From: Candidatus Omnitrophota bacterium
GTDB lineage: Bacteria > Omnitrophota > Gorgyraeia > Gygaellales > Profunditerraquicolaceae
DNA length: 64,000 nt
Reading direction: 5' to 3'
Assembly (NCBI GenBank): GCA_041309005.1
Contig: JBFZAN010000053.1
Span: forward strand, 34,252 to 98,251
In this document: positions 9,523 through 19,382 of the stretch, piece after piece
Numbering within the stretch: the stretch's first letter is position 1
How the letters are laid out: each line of letters begins with the position of its first letter
Program-made: the position numbers and the translations under genes
Notes under the pieces: model-generated
What the model was told of the DNA's origin: nothing
The model's database searches: none
The model's input: only the letters and a program-made list of their open reading frames with translations

Positions 9523-10217
9523 AACAGCGAGCGCAAATGATCCTCGCGTTGGACGTAGATGATATTCAGCAGGCGAAATATTTCGTGAACCGTCTTTATC
9601 CAAAGATCAGGACTTTTAAAGTGGGGCCGGTGCTGTTTACCGCGTACGGCCCGCGTATAATCGATTGTATAAGAAAAAAAGGCGCCCAGGTTTTCTTGGA
9701 CCTGAAATTCCACGATATCCCCAATACTGTCGCGGGCGCAGTGCGCCAGGCAGTGCGCCTTAAGGTAAAGATGCTGACGTTGCATATTGCAGGCGGCAGC
9801 TCAATGCTTGAGGCGGCGGTCAAAGCGGCGGAAGAAGAGTCAAAGCGTCTGAATATAACAGCGCCTTTGTTGATAGGGGTTACGGTCTTGACCAGCCAGG
9901 GCGCAACCCCCGCCCAGGTGCTTGGACTGGCAAAAGAAGCGAAAGCCGCCGGGCTTGACGGAGTAGTGTGTTCGGTGAGGGAAGCAAAGGCCTTAAGAAA
10001 AATGGCAGGCGCAGGTTTTGTGATTGTGACCCCGGGCATAAGGCCGCACGCTCACGGATTCGATGACCAGCGAAGAGTGGCGACCGTTTCAGATGCGGTC
10101 AAGGCGGGGAGTGATTTCTTGGTCGTGGGCAGGCCTATCTTAGAAGCCAAAGACCCTTTGGCCGCTATGCAGGCGATGTTACAAGAGCTGCGCGCCCCTT
10201 CTTCTTCCCGAAAATAG
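9519..10217 (+). CDS. pyrF: orotidine 5'-phosphate decarboxylase
   Basis: ILALDV...FKVG...FLDLKFHDIPNTV...VVGRPI motifs of OMP decarboxylase; ATGA overlap with pyrD stop. Confidence 0.8.
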   Translation: MKQRAQMILALDVDDIQQAKYFVNRLYPKIRTFKVGPVLFTAYGPRIIDCIRKKGAQVFLDLKFHDIPNTVAGAVRQAVRLKVKMLTLHIAGGSSMLEAAVKAAEEESKRLNITAPLLIGVTVLTSQGATPAQVLGLAKEAKAAGLDGVVCSVREAKALRKMAGAGFVIVTPGIRPHAHGFDDQRRVATVSDAVKAGSDFLVVGRPILEAKDPLAAMQAMLQELRAPSSSRK

Positions 10218-10218
10218 G

Positions 10219-10247
10219 TTGAATGCGCACGATAAATAACATATAAT
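10219..10247 (+). promoter_or_regulatory. sigma70-like promoter of V-ATPase operon (-35 TTGAAT, 17-nt spacer, -10 TATAAT)
   Basis: TTGAAT at 10219-10224, 17-nt spacer, TATAAT at 10242-10247, ~37 nt upstream of atpE ATG. Confidence 0.5.
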
Positions 10248-10283
10248 TGTACTACGCTCATTTTACAGGCAAGGGAGATACGT

Positions 10284-10895
10284 ATGGTAGAAGAGATCAG
10301 AGATCTCATAGATAAGATAAACCAGGAAGGTATCCAGGCAGCTGAGCAGAAGGCAAAGCACATAGAGGAAGAAGCCCGCCAAAGGGTGGCCGAGATACTG
10401 CAAAAAGCCAAGGCCGAAGCGGAAAAACTCATTGAAGACGCCAAGAAAGAGATATCCGGTTATCAGGAGAGCGCAAGGGCCTCGCTGAAGCAGGCGGGAA
10501 GAGACCTGCTTCTGGATTTAAAGAAAGAGCTCAATGAGATCCTGGGCAGGCTCGTTACGTTCCAGATAAAAGAAGCGCTTAAGCCGCAGGAGATGGCCCA
10601 GATCATCTATTCGCTCATCAAGGAATATAAGGGCAAAGAAAAAGGGGACATCGTTGTCTCGCTTAATAAGGCGGACCTGGAAAAGCTGGAAAAAGCAATG
10701 TTCAGCGCGCTTCAGGGAGAGATCAAAAGCAAGATAGTACTTAAGCCTTCCGAAGAAATAAGCGCGGGTTTTCTGATCAGTTACGATTCGGGGAAATCGT
10801 ATTTTGATTTTACCGATACCGCGCTGGTAGAATATATAAGCATGTATCTGAAGCCGAAGCTGACAGAGATATTACAAGACCCGTCCGCAAAATAA
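10284..10895 (+). CDS. atpE: V/A-type ATP synthase subunit E
   Basis: 203-aa charged coiled-coil N-terminus (AEQKAKHIEEEARQRVAEILQKAKAEAEKLIE) and globular C-terminus; first gene of an A/B/D/I/K operon. Confidence 0.65.
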   Translation: MVEEIRDLIDKINQEGIQAAEQKAKHIEEEARQRVAEILQKAKAEAEKLIEDAKKEISGYQESARASLKQAGRDLLLDLKKELNEILGRLVTFQIKEALKPQEMAQIIYSLIKEYKGKEKGDIVVSLNKADLEKLEKAMFSALQGEIKSKIVLKPSEEISAGFLISYDSGKSYFDFTDTALVEYISMYLKPKLTEILQDPSAK

Positions 10896-10922
10896 CCGCG
10901 CGTAGCATATTCTAATGTACCG

Positions 10923-11453
10923 ATGGCCGCGTATTATACCTATCTCATAGCGAGTTTGCCGATGCTTCATTTTGGCGTAAAGCCCCCCCTTTCTTTCGGG
11001 AAATTTTTACAGCACTGCGAGGGGCTGATACCCGAAGAGGATATCGCATTCCTGGAGGCGGGCCGCCGCATCAGCGAGTACGTTGACAGTGCCGAGCCCT
11101 CTGCGTTAAGAAAATGGCGTGAATTTGATCTTGCCCTGCGCAATGAATTGGTCAAAGTGAGGGCCGCGCATAAAAAAATAGACCCTTTGCCTTATTTACG
11201 GGGGGACGGCTACGTCGAACCTTCCATTACCCACATCGCCCTGCACGCCTACCGGAGCACGTCTTTGCTTGAAGCCGAGAAAATACTTGATGAGGAGAGA
11301 TGGCGCTTCCTGGATGAATTGGCGGTGGGGCATTTCTTTGACCTCGATTTTCTGATAGTATATGCTTTAAAGCTGTTAATATTGGAGCATTGGGAAAAAA
11401 TACGCGTTGCGGATACGCGCCGCGCGCTGCAGGAAGCGTTGAAAAACGATTAA
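10923..11453 (+). CDS. V-ATPase-operon-associated hypothetical protein (DUF2764-like)
   Basis: 176-aa ORF between subunit E and subunit A, the same position as the conserved hypothetical gene in chlamydial/PVC V-ATPase operons. The assignment rests on synteny, not motifs. Confidence 0.4.
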   Translation: MAAYYTYLIASLPMLHFGVKPPLSFGKFLQHCEGLIPEEDIAFLEAGRRISEYVDSAEPSALRKWREFDLALRNELVKVRAAHKKIDPLPYLRGDGYVEPSITHIALHAYRSTSLLEAEKILDEERWRFLDELAVGHFFDLDFLIVYALKLLILEHWEKIRVADTRRALQEALKND

Positions 11454-11483
11454 TCCGCGTACTTTTATTACAGAGTGTAACGC

Positions 11484-13223
11484 ATGCCGGAAAAAAGAAC
11501 AGGTCGGATCACCAAGATAAACGGCAATATGGTAACGGTAGAAACGGGTACCTTTGTCGTACAGAACGAAGTTGCGTTCATCGCGCACGGCGAAGAACGC
11601 CTTAAAGCAGAAGTTATCCGCGTAAAGGGGAATAAAGCAGAGACGCAAGTGTTCGAGAACACCGCGGGCCTTCAGATAGGAGAAGAGGTAGAGTTTAGCG
11701 AAGCACTCCTTTCGGTTGAGCTTGGGCCGGGACTGCTCGGCCAGATATTCGACGGGTTACAGAATCCTCTCCCCCAGCTTGCTGAAAAATGCGGCTTCTT
11801 TTTAAAAAGGGGGGTGTATATACAGGCTTTGCCTGATGATGTGCCCTGGGAATTTACCCCTCTCTGTAAGAAAGGCGAAAAATTAAAGGCCGGACAAAAA
11901 CTGGGGTTTGTCCAGGAGAAAATATTCAAACATTATACGCTTGCGCCTTTCCATCTTAAGGGCATCCTTGAAGTCGACAGTATTGCCGGCGCGGGAAAAT
12001 ATAATCTGAAGCAGCCGGTTGCCCGGCTAAAGGACCAGGAGGGCAGGCTTCACGACGCATTTCTTTCGCAAAGCTGGCCTGTTAAGATCCCCATCCGCGC
12101 ATACGCGGAAAAATTAAAGCCCAAGACGCCGCTGGTGACGAAGATGCGGCTTATCGACTCTTTGTTTCCCGTGGCCAGGGGAGGGACCTATTGTATCCCG
12201 GGTCCCTTCGGCGCGGGCAAAACCGTTCTCCAGCAGCTCACCAGCAGGCACGCGGAAATCGATATCGTGATCATCGCGGCTTGCGGCGAGCGGGCGGGAG
12301 AAGTGGTCGAAACCCTTAAGACATTCCCCAAGATAACCGACCTGCGGACCGGCAAGCCGTTAAGCGACCGCACGGTGATCATCTGTAATACAAGTTCCAT
12401 GCCTGTGGCCGCAAGAGAATCCAGCGTGTATACCGCAGTCACTATCGCGGAATATTACCGGCAGATGGGGCTGCATGTTCTGCTTCTTGCCGATTCCACG
12501 TCCCGGTGGGCCCAGGCCATGAGAGAGATGTCCGGCAGGCTCGAAGAGATCCCGGGCGAGGAAGCGTTCCCCGCGTACCTTGAATCGCGCATCGCTTCTT
12601 TTTATGAGAGGGCGGGGGAAGTGAAATTATTTGACGGGACTGTCGGCTCCGTCACTATCGGCGGCACGGTAAGCCCGGCGGGAGGGAATTTCGAGGAGCC
12701 TGTGACCCAGGCGACGCTAAAAGTCGTAGGCGCGTTTCACGGCCTTTCCCGGGAGCGTTCCGACGCCAGGCGCTATCCGGCAATAGACCCGCTGATAAGC
12801 TGGAGCAAATACGAGAGCTTTATCAAGAAAGAAAAGATGGACAGGGGCAGGGAAATCCTGCGTAAAAGCCACGATGTGGCGCAGATGATGAAGGTGATCG
12901 GGGAAGAAGGCACATCCCTGGATGATTATATCGATTACCTCAAGGGGGAATTCTTTGATTTCGTGTATCTTCAGCAGAACGCCTTTGACGAAGTGGACGA
13001 AGCAACAAGCCAGGAAAGACAGGTCTACGTATCCGACTTTATCCACGCCATCCTCGAAGCTGCATTTGAGCTGCAAGATAAAGAAAAAGCCCTGCAGTTT
13101 TTCCAGAAATTAAGGCAGCGTTTTAAAAGCTGGAACTCCTGCGGCTGGCAGTCGGAAGAATTCAGCAGGATTGAAAAAGAAATCGCCGAGTTCACGCAAG
13201 AAAAGAAGAAGGGGAGGCAGTAG
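11484..13223 (+). CDS. atpA: V/A-type ATP synthase catalytic subunit A
   Basis: Walker A GPFGAGKTV, the non-homologous insert region typical of A subunits, 579 aa. Confidence 0.9.
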   Translation: MPEKRTGRITKINGNMVTVETGTFVVQNEVAFIAHGEERLKAEVIRVKGNKAETQVFENTAGLQIGEEVEFSEALLSVELGPGLLGQIFDGLQNPLPQLAEKCGFFLKRGVYIQALPDDVPWEFTPLCKKGEKLKAGQKLGFVQEKIFKHYTLAPFHLKGILEVDSIAGAGKYNLKQPVARLKDQEGRLHDAFLSQSWPVKIPIRAYAEKLKPKTPLVTKMRLIDSLFPVARGGTYCIPGPFGAGKTVLQQLTSRHAEIDIVIIAACGERAGEVVETLKTFPKITDLRTGKPLSDRTVIICNTSSMPVAARESSVYTAVTIAEYYRQMGLHVLLLADSTSRWAQAMREMSGRLEEIPGEEAFPAYLESRIASFYERAGEVKLFDGTVGSVTIGGTVSPAGGNFEEPVTQATLKVVGAFHGLSRERSDARRYPAIDPLISWSKYESFIKKEKMDRGREILRKSHDVAQMMKVIGEEGTSLDDYIDYLKGEFFDFVYLQQNAFDEVDEATSQERQVYVSDFIHAILEAAFELQDKEKALQFFQKLRQRFKSWNSCGWQSEEFSRIEKEIAEFTQEKKKGRQ

Positions 13224-13226
13224 CAC

Positions 13227-14525
13227 GTGCACAGGGTGTATACCAACATACTGCAGATCGCAGGGGACGTTATCACCGTTGAGGCCGACGGAATAGGATA
13301 TATGGATATCGCCGAGGTTGCCACAAGCCGCGGGACATCGCTTGCGCAGGTGATCCGTCTCGACGGAAAGATGGTATCGCTGCAGGTATTTGCCGGAAGC
13401 AAAGGCATTTCTACGCAAGACAAGGTGCGCTTCCTGGGCCATCCCATGCGCATCGCAAGCGGCGCAAACCTTCTCGGCCGTATTTTTAACGGAAGCGGCA
13501 CCCCGCGGGATAAAGGGCCGGGCCTCCAGGAGAACCTTATCGATATAGGCGGCCCGCCGGTCAATCCGGTCAAGAGAATAATCCCCGACAAGATGATACG
13601 CACGGGAATACCCATGATAGACGTGTTTAATTCTTTGGTAGAATCGCAGAAATTGCCGATATTTTCCATACCGGGGGAGCCGTATAACGAATTGCTGGCG
13701 CGCATCGCCATACAGGCCGAGATAGATGTGATCATCCTGGGCGGGATGGGGCTTAAGTACGACGATTATCTTTTTTTCCGTGATACCATTGAAGAGCACG
13801 GCGCGCTTTCCAGGGCGGTATTCTTCATACATACCGCCGCGGACCCGACGGTAGAATGCCTGCTTGTGCCCGACATAAGCCTTGCGGTAGCCGAGCATTT
13901 TGCCCTTGAGGGTAAGCGGGTGCTTGTCCTTTTGACAGATATGACCAATTTCTGCGATTCTCTGAAAGAAATCGCCATTACTATGGAGCAGGTGCCCTCA
14001 AACCGCGGTTATCCCGGAGACTTGTACAGCCAGCTTGCCGCGCGCTATGAAAAGGCGGTTGACTTCGACACCGCCGGCTCCATAACCATCCTGGCCGCCA
14101 CTACCATGCCCGGCGACGATGTAACGCATCCTGTGCCCGACAATACGGGGTATATCACCGAAGGTCAGTTTTATCTTAAAAACGGGGTCATTGAGCCGTT
14201 CGGCTCCTTGAGCAGGCTTAAACAGCAGGTAAACGGCAATACCCGCCCCGACCACAGGACGATCATGGACACCATGATCCAACTGTTCGCCAGTTACCGC
14301 GAAACAAAAGAAAAACTGGCGATGGGTTTCCAGATGAGCTCATGGGACAAGAAGCTCCTCTCTTACGGGAAACTTTTTGAGAATGATATCATGTCCCTCA
14401 AGGTAAACGTCCCCCTGGAAAAAGCGCTCTCACGGGGCTGGGAAATTTTACATGAGTGCTTTACTCCCGAAGAGACGGGTATACAGCAATCTATGATCGA
14501 TCGCTTCTGGCCCCGCGGCAGATAA
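13227..14525 (+). CDS. atpB: V/A-type ATP synthase subunit B
   Basis: Strong similarity to the regulatory B subunit ([21 protein letters not shown]..., degenerate P-loop); GTG start 4 nt after the atpA stop. Confidence 0.9.
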   Translation: MHRVYTNILQIAGDVITVEADGIGYMDIAEVATSRGTSLAQVIRLDGKMVSLQVFAGSKGISTQDKVRFLGHPMRIASGANLLGRIFNGSGTPRDKGPGLQENLIDIGGPPVNPVKRIIPDKMIRTGIPMIDVFNSLVESQKLPIFSIPGEPYNELLARIAIQAEIDVIILGGMGLKYDDYLFFRDTIEEHGALSRAVFFIHTAADPTVECLLVPDISLAVAEHFALEGKRVLVLLTDMTNFCDSLKEIAITMEQVPSNRGYPGDLYSQLAARYEKAVDFDTAGSITILAATTMPGDDVTHPVPDNTGYITEGQFYLKNGVIEPFGSLSRLKQQVNGNTRPDHRTIMDTMIQLFASYRETKEKLAMGFQMSSWDKKLLSYGKLFENDIMSLKVNVPLEKALSRGWEILHECFTPEETGIQQSMIDRFWPRGR

Positions 14526-14528
14526 CCG

Positions 14529-15146
14529 ATGGCAAAGATCAAGCTCACCAAAGGCGAGTTAAAAAAACAAAGGGACTCCCTCAGGCAATACGAAAGATAC
14601 CTGCCTACCCTGCAGCTTAAGAAGCAGCAGCTTCAAATTGAAATAGTGCGCCAGGCAATGTTACGGGAAGAAAAAACGCGTCTTGAAAACGCGCAAAGGA
14701 AAGCTGCTGAAGGCTGGTGCGGCCTTCTTGCGGAACCGGGTGTAGATATCAGGCCCTGGCTTAAGCCCGTAGAGGTCATCACCAGCACGAAGAATATCGC
14801 GGGTGTAGATGTGGCGCTCTTTGACCGCGCCGCATTTGAAGACGCCGTATATGACCTGTTTACCGTTCCTTTATGGGTAGACCGCGCGATCGAATCCTTG
14901 CGCAAGCTCATTGCCTTGCGGGAAGAGATACGTTTGATAGAAGCGGGCATAGGCGTCCTTAAGCAGGAGTTACGCGTTACCGCACAGAGGGTTAACCTGT
15001 TCGAGAAAGTAAAGATCCCCGAGGCTAAAGAAGCGATACGCCTGATCAAGATCTATATAGGCGATCAGCTCGCGAACGCGGTAGGAAGAAGCAAGGCCGC
15101 CAAGCGTAAGATCGAAGAAGCTATGTTAGAAGAGGCCGCGCTATGA
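14529..15146 (+). CDS. atpD: V/A-type ATP synthase subunit D
   Basis: MAKIKLTKGELKKQRDSLRQYERYLPTLQLKKQQL, the classic subunit D N-terminus; 205 aa. Confidence 0.8.
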   Translation: MAKIKLTKGELKKQRDSLRQYERYLPTLQLKKQQLQIEIVRQAMLREEKTRLENAQRKAAEGWCGLLAEPGVDIRPWLKPVEVITSTKNIAGVDVALFDRAAFEDAVYDLFTVPLWVDRAIESLRKLIALREEIRLIEAGIGVLKQELRVTAQRVNLFEKVKIPEAKEAIRLIKIYIGDQLANAVGRSKAAKRKIEEAMLEEAAL

Positions 15147-16924
15147 TAGTCCGGATGAAAAAAGCGTCGATACTGGTACAGGCAAAAGACGCAGAGAGCG
15201 CGGTAGAAGCGCTTCGCTCTTTAGGGGTTTTGCACGTAGAACATCAGCAGGCGCCCAAGGGCAAGGACCTGAACTCTTTAACGGAAGACCTGGCGCTCGT
15301 CAACGAAGCGATGACGGTTTTGTCGCTCGAAGAATTCAGCGTTCCCTGTTCGCCGGAAAAAGCCGCGATGCTTTCTAGCGACTGGAAAGCGGCCGCCAAG
15401 CATCTCATTGATCTTTGGAAGAGGCTCGATCAGTTGCAGGAGTTTTCCAGGGGGCTCGTCAATAAGATGAGCGAGCTGGAGGGCTGGGGCGATTTTGACC
15501 CTCAGGCAATACGGGCGTTACGCGAAAAAAACATTTTTATCAGCCTCTACCAGGTGCCCGAAAAAGAAATGGGGCGCTTTCCCTCCGAAACTACCGTAAA
15601 AGTGACTTCACGCCGCAAGGGCCTCGTTAACTGCGCAGTTGTTTCACTCGGAAAAGCCGAAATCCCGTTTAAAGAGATTGAATTGCCCGCGATGGGGCTT
15701 CGGCAGATAAAGAAAAGGCTGGAAGAAGATAAAGACGTGATGCGCTCCATCATAGATGAGATACATACGTTTTCCGCCTGCCGCGCGAAGCTGCGCGGGA
15801 TCAAAAAGTCACTTGAAAAAGCACTTACATTCCAGGAGGCGCTGCGGGGTATGGGTGGATCGGGTGCAATATCGTATCTGGGAGGTTATGTGCCGGTCGA
15901 TACGGTAGAGAAATTAAAAGAGGCCGCCCGTACGCAAAAGTGGGGCATACGCATCGTTGATCCTTCGGAAGCGGACAGGGTGCCGACGCTGGTCCGCAAC
16001 CCCCGCTGGATTTCCGTTATCAGCCCGGTTTTTAAGATGATTGAAGTGATCCCAGGATATCGCGAGCTTGACATAAGCCTGTGGTTCCTTGTGTTCTTCT
16101 CGGTTTTTTTCGGTATGCTCATCGGGGACGCCGGGTACGGGGCGGTCTATTTTTGCGCGACGCTCTGGGCGCAGAAAAAGTGGGGCAAGAGGCGTAACAG
16201 TAATTCGCTGTTCATCCTGTTTTATATTTTGAGCGCGTGCGCGATCCTCTGGGGTTTGTTGACCGCGACCATCTTTGGCCAGCTCTGGCTTCCTGCCGCG
16301 GTAAAGCCGCTTGTCCCCGCGCTCAGGAACGACAGGAACGTGCAGGAACTGTGTTTTTTCCTGGGAGCGCTTCATTTAAGCATAGCCCACTGCTGGAGGT
16401 TGATCCTGAAAGCCCCTTCGCTTACCGCGCTGGTAGATCTGGGCTGGATTTCGATCCTCTGGGGCGCTTTTTTTCTCGCCAGAACATTGATCCTGGGAGC
16501 CGTATTCCCGTTATGGTGCAAATGGCTTTTTCTCGCCGGGATGTGCCTGGTCGTGCTCTTTACCAACCCGAACAAAAACATATTGAAAGGAATAGGCGGC
16601 GGGTTAGGCAATTTGCTTCTTAACCTGGTCAATAATTTTACCGATATTGTCTCTTATATAAGGCTTTTTGCGGTAGGCCTTGCGACAGTGGCGGTCGCGG
16701 ATTCTTTTAATGCAATGGCCATGGGGATAGGGTATAATAGCATCCTGACCGGCCTGGCCACGTCATTGATCCTTTTGCTGGGGCACGCGCTCAATATAAT
16801 ACTGGGGCCGCTGGCGATCCTCGTGCACGGTGTCAGGTTAAATGTGCTTGAATTTTGCACCCACCTTGATATAAAATGGAGTGGATTCGCGTATACGCCG
16901 TTACGCGAAGATGTGGACAGCTAA
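15143..16924 (+). CDS. atpI: V/A-type ATP synthase subunit I (a-subunit)
   Basis: 593 aa with a hydrophilic N-terminal half and a multi-TM C-terminal half; operon position. Confidence 0.75.
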   Translation: MIVRMKKASILVQAKDAESAVEALRSLGVLHVEHQQAPKGKDLNSLTEDLALVNEAMTVLSLEEFSVPCSPEKAAMLSSDWKAAAKHLIDLWKRLDQLQEFSRGLVNKMSELEGWGDFDPQAIRALREKNIFISLYQVPEKEMGRFPSETTVKVTSRRKGLVNCAVVSLGKAEIPFKEIELPAMGLRQIKKRLEEDKDVMRSIIDEIHTFSACRAKLRGIKKSLEKALTFQEALRGMGGSGAISYLGGYVPVDTVEKLKEAARTQKWGIRIVDPSEADRVPTLVRNPRWISVISPVFKMIEVIPGYRELDISLWFLVFFSVFFGMLIGDAGYGAVYFCATLWAQKKWGKRRNSNSLFILFYILSACAILWGLLTATIFGQLWLPAAVKPLVPALRNDRNVQELCFFLGALHLSIAHCWRLILKAPSLTALVDLGWISILWGAFFLARTLILGAVFPLWCKWLFLAGMCLVVLFTNPNKNILKGIGGGLGNLLLNLVNNFTDIVSYIRLFAVGLATVAVADSFNAMAMGIGYNSILTGLATSLILLLGHALNIILGPLAILVHGVRLNVLEFCTHLDIKWSGFAYTPLREDVDS

Positions 16925-16940
16925 TTATAAGGAGAATGCC

Positions 16941-17399
16941 ATGGATACAGGCGCGCTGGTTCAATTTAAAGATCTCGGATTAGCTTCGGTACTGGCTTTT
17001 TCGGCTGTGGGTTCCGGTTTGGGAGCGGGAGCCGCGGGGATGGCCGCGATAGGGGCCTGGAAAAAGTCCTTTGCACAGAACAAGCCTGCTTCGTTTATGC
17101 TTGTGGCTTTTGTCGGGGCGCCTTTGACCCAGACGATTTACGGCATGATCGTGATGAACAAAATGGTCGAGTCGGCGCTGCGGGGCGGCTATTTGTGGTC
17201 TGTCGGCATATTCTGCGGCATCGCCATGGGCGTTTCCGCCTATATGCAGGGTAAGGCGGGCGCTGCGGCAGCGGACGCGATGGGAGAAACAGGGAAAGGG
17301 TTCGGCAATTACATCGTCGTGCTGGGTATCATCGAAACCGTCGCGCTCTTTGTGATGGCGTTTGTCATGGGGCTGATAGGAAAGCTGGCGGTTTCCTGA
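16941..17399 (+). CDS. atpK: V/A-type ATP synthase proteolipid subunit K (c-subunit)
   Basis: Gly/Ala-rich hairpin helices (GSGLGAGAAGMAAIGAW, GKAGAAAADAMGETG); start at ATG 16941 after AAGGAG rather than the upstream in-frame ATG. Confidence 0.8.
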   Translation: MDTGALVQFKDLGLASVLAFSAVGSGLGAGAAGMAAIGAWKKSFAQNKPASFMLVAFVGAPLTQTIYGMIVMNKMVESALRGGYLWSVGIFCGIAMGVSAYMQGKAGAAAADAMGETGKGFGNYIVVLGIIETVALFVMAFVMGLIGKLAVS

Positions 17400-17406
17400 A
17401 ATGGCC

Positions 17407-17480
17407 GGGCGGTTAGTTCAGCTGGTTAGAACGTCTCTCTTACACAGAGAAGGTCAGGGGTCCGAATCCTCTACCGCCCA
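17407..17480 (+). tRNA. tRNA-Val (anticodon TAC)
   Basis: Acceptor GGGCGGT/ACCGCCC + A, D-stem GTTC/GAAC, anticodon stem TCTCT/AGAGA with loop CTTACAC, T-arm AGGGG-TCCGAAT-CCTCT. Confidence 0.85.
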
Positions 17481-17530
17481 TGTATTTGTCATGGGGCCGA
17501 CAGGGCGCCCAAAAAAGGAGCGAAGCAGCA

Positions 17531-17755
17531 ATGGCTGACTGTACGTTATTGGCGACCTGTATTTTCTTTAATGATAAGATGGCAAGGATGCCTAAAACCA
17601 CGGAATTCATGAAGAATAAATTCTGCAAGGGCGACAATTCCATATGTGCGCGGCATACGGTCTTTCTGGCGTTGGGCAGGGAAAAAGTCCCCCTTGACCT
17701 GTTTCCCGGGGACATGGAGACCGCCGCGATTGTCATCTCCGCCGGCAAAAAATAA
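17531..17755 (+). CDS. small Cys-rich hypothetical protein (74 aa)
   Basis: ORF between two tRNAs with AGGAG RBS 8 nt upstream of ATG; four Cys (C-x5-C ... C-x6-C). Could be spurious. Confidence 0.3.
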   Translation: MADCTLLATCIFFNDKMARMPKTTEFMKNKFCKGDNSICARHTVFLALGREKVPLDLFPGDMETAAIVISAGKK

Positions 17756-17817
17756 GCGCCTTTAAAAAGTTATTGTAAGACAGCGGATTTTACGTTACAA
17801 TCTTTCTTCTGGATCAT

Positions 17818-17893
17818 GGGGTCGTAGTGTAGCCCGGTTCAACACGTCGCCCTGTCACGGCGAAGATCGCGGGTTCAAATCCCGTCGACCCCG
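17818..17893 (+). tRNA. tRNA-Asp (anticodon GTC)
   Basis: Acceptor GGGGTCG/CGACCCC + G, D-stem GTGT/ACAC, anticodon stem TCGCC/GGCGA with loop CTGTCAC, T-arm GCGGG-TTCAAAT-CCCGT. Confidence 0.85.
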
Positions 17894-17989
17894 TAGATTT
17901 CTTTCTCCTAACAGAGTTGAGAATCACTGAGCCCTCCGGCAGCCAAATGCCTTTATACAGGAACCCCTTCGCATACACACAACAAACAT

Positions 17990-19372
17990 ATGCATAAAAA
18001 GCCCGCGCGCAGAAATAAAAGCTTCTGGCTGTTTGCGTTATTTTTGAGCATTATGGCCGGGGCGTGCAGGGCGCAGGGAAGCGGCAGCGAGATCCCCTCA
18101 TTTACCCGGGAAGACAGGGTCCTGGTATTAGCCCCTCATCCGGACGACGAAACCATCGGCGCTTGCGGCGTGATACAGAGGGCGCTTGCCGCAGGCTCAA
18201 AAGTCAAAGTAGTGTTATTTACCAACGGCGATAATAATGAATTCGCGTTCATTGTCTATGAGAAGCGCGTGGTGTTTAAAAAGGCGGAGTTTCTGCGCCT
18301 TGGAGAGGTAAGAAGAAAAGAATCTCTTCTGGCCATGGCGTCTTTGGGCCTCAGCCATGACAATGTGGTATTGCTTGGCTATCCCGATTTCGGCACTATG
18401 GAGATTTTGACTAAATATTGGAAGACCCCCAAGCCCTACAAAAGCCTTTTGACGAGAGTAAATAAGGTAGCGTATCCTGAAGCAATGTCTCCGGGCGCTC
18501 CCTACGTGGGGGAAAGCGTTTTAAAGGATCTAGAAAAGGTTCTTTCTGACTTTAGGCCGACAAAGATCTTTGTATCGCACCCCCTTGATACCAACCGGGA
18601 CCACCGCTCCCTGTATCTTTTTTTACAGGTCGCGCTCTGGAACCTGGAAGGAAAACTCACGCGGCTGGCGGTGCATCCTTACCTTGTGCATATCGCCGGT
18701 TGGCCCAAGCCCAGGGGGCATCATCCGGAATTAGCGCTCCAGCCGCCTGAAAAGCTGAAGAATTGCGGAGTTTTCTGGCAGAAGCTGGAGCTGACCGGAG
18801 AAGAGGCAAAGAAAAAATACGACACCGTGTCATTTTACAAGAGCCAGATCGAATATAACCCGCCGTACTTATTCAGTTTCGCGCGCAAAAATGAGCTTTT
18901 TGGCGATTTTCCCGTAATAAAGCTGCAGGATTCAAAAACGGATGCAATGGGCTGGTTTGAGGTGGGCGTCCCGGAAGAAAACCAGGAAGAAGAGGAACCA
19001 AAGGCTTCTCTTTCGACTTTGGCGTATGCGCTTAAGGAAGAAGCCCTTTTTATTAAGTTGACCCTTAAAAGAAGAATTGCCAAGGACCTGGGGATATCTA
19101 TCTTTCTCCTCGGTTATAGCAATTCAAAAGACTTCAGCGAAATGCCCAAGATCAACCTCCATATAGGAATAGGGGGCTTTCGCGTAAAAGACAAAAAACA
19201 GCCCCTTTTTATCAGGGGCGTGAAATTAAAGTATCAAAAGAACGCCATGATTATACGCGTGCCTCTTGCAGTATTGGGCGATCCCCGGTATATACTGGCA
19301 AGCGCGAAAGCAGTAAGCCCTGTGCTGCCTTTTGACGATACTGCCTGGCGGATTATCGAGGTCCAAAAATAG
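17990..19372 (+). CDS. PIG-L/LmbE-family deacetylase with signal peptide and long C-terminal extension
   Basis: LVLAPHPDDETIGACG motif (PIG-L zinc-site HPDDE); N-terminal hydrophobic signal; 460 aa. Confidence 0.65.
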   Translation: MHKKPARRNKSFWLFALFLSIMAGACRAQGSGSEIPSFTREDRVLVLAPHPDDETIGACGVIQRALAAGSKVKVVLFTNGDNNEFAFIVYEKRVVFKKAEFLRLGEVRRKESLLAMASLGLSHDNVVLLGYPDFGTMEILTKYWKTPKPYKSLLTRVNKVAYPEAMSPGAPYVGESVLKDLEKVLSDFRPTKIFVSHPLDTNRDHRSLYLFLQVALWNLEGKLTRLAVHPYLVHIAGWPKPRGHHPELALQPPEKLKNCGVFWQKLELTGEEAKKKYDTVSFYKSQIEYNPPYLFSFARKNELFGDFPVIKLQDSKTDAMGWFEVGVPEENQEEEEPKASLSTLAYALKEEALFIKLTLKRRIAKDLGISIFLLGYSNSKDFSEMPKINLHIGIGGFRVKDKKQPLFIRGVKLKYQKNAMIIRVPLAVLGDPRYILASAKAVSPVLPFDDTAWRIIEVQK

Positions 19373-19382
19373 ACAGCTGATT

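Noticed and set aside
13110-13898. 262-aa minus-strand ORF (and many other >100-aa minus-strand ORFs such as 45492..46154, 60255..60968, 34958..35668)
   Set aside because: All lie antisense within confidently assigned + strand genes (atpA/atpB, purH, the PilZ/RR region, the PAC2 gene). They have no start-site signals, and their low-complexity Ser/Ala/Arg-rich translations are typical of shadow ORFs.
16881-16940. Upstream in-frame ATG 16881 as the start of atpK (172-aa version)
   Set aside because: It would overlap the last 44 nt of atpI. ATG 16941 is directly preceded by AAGGAGAA and gives a proteolipid of typical length.
17440-17748. 102-aa minus-strand ORF between the tRNAs
   Set aside because: Its 5' end overlaps tRNA-Val on the opposite strand, and it is antisense to the + strand ORF that has an RBS. 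Less parsimonious.
17400-17990. tRNA cluster as the insertion site of a mobile element or genomic island
   Set aside because: No integrase, recombinase, direct repeat of the tRNA 3' end, or compositional shift was seen in the flanking 10 kb.
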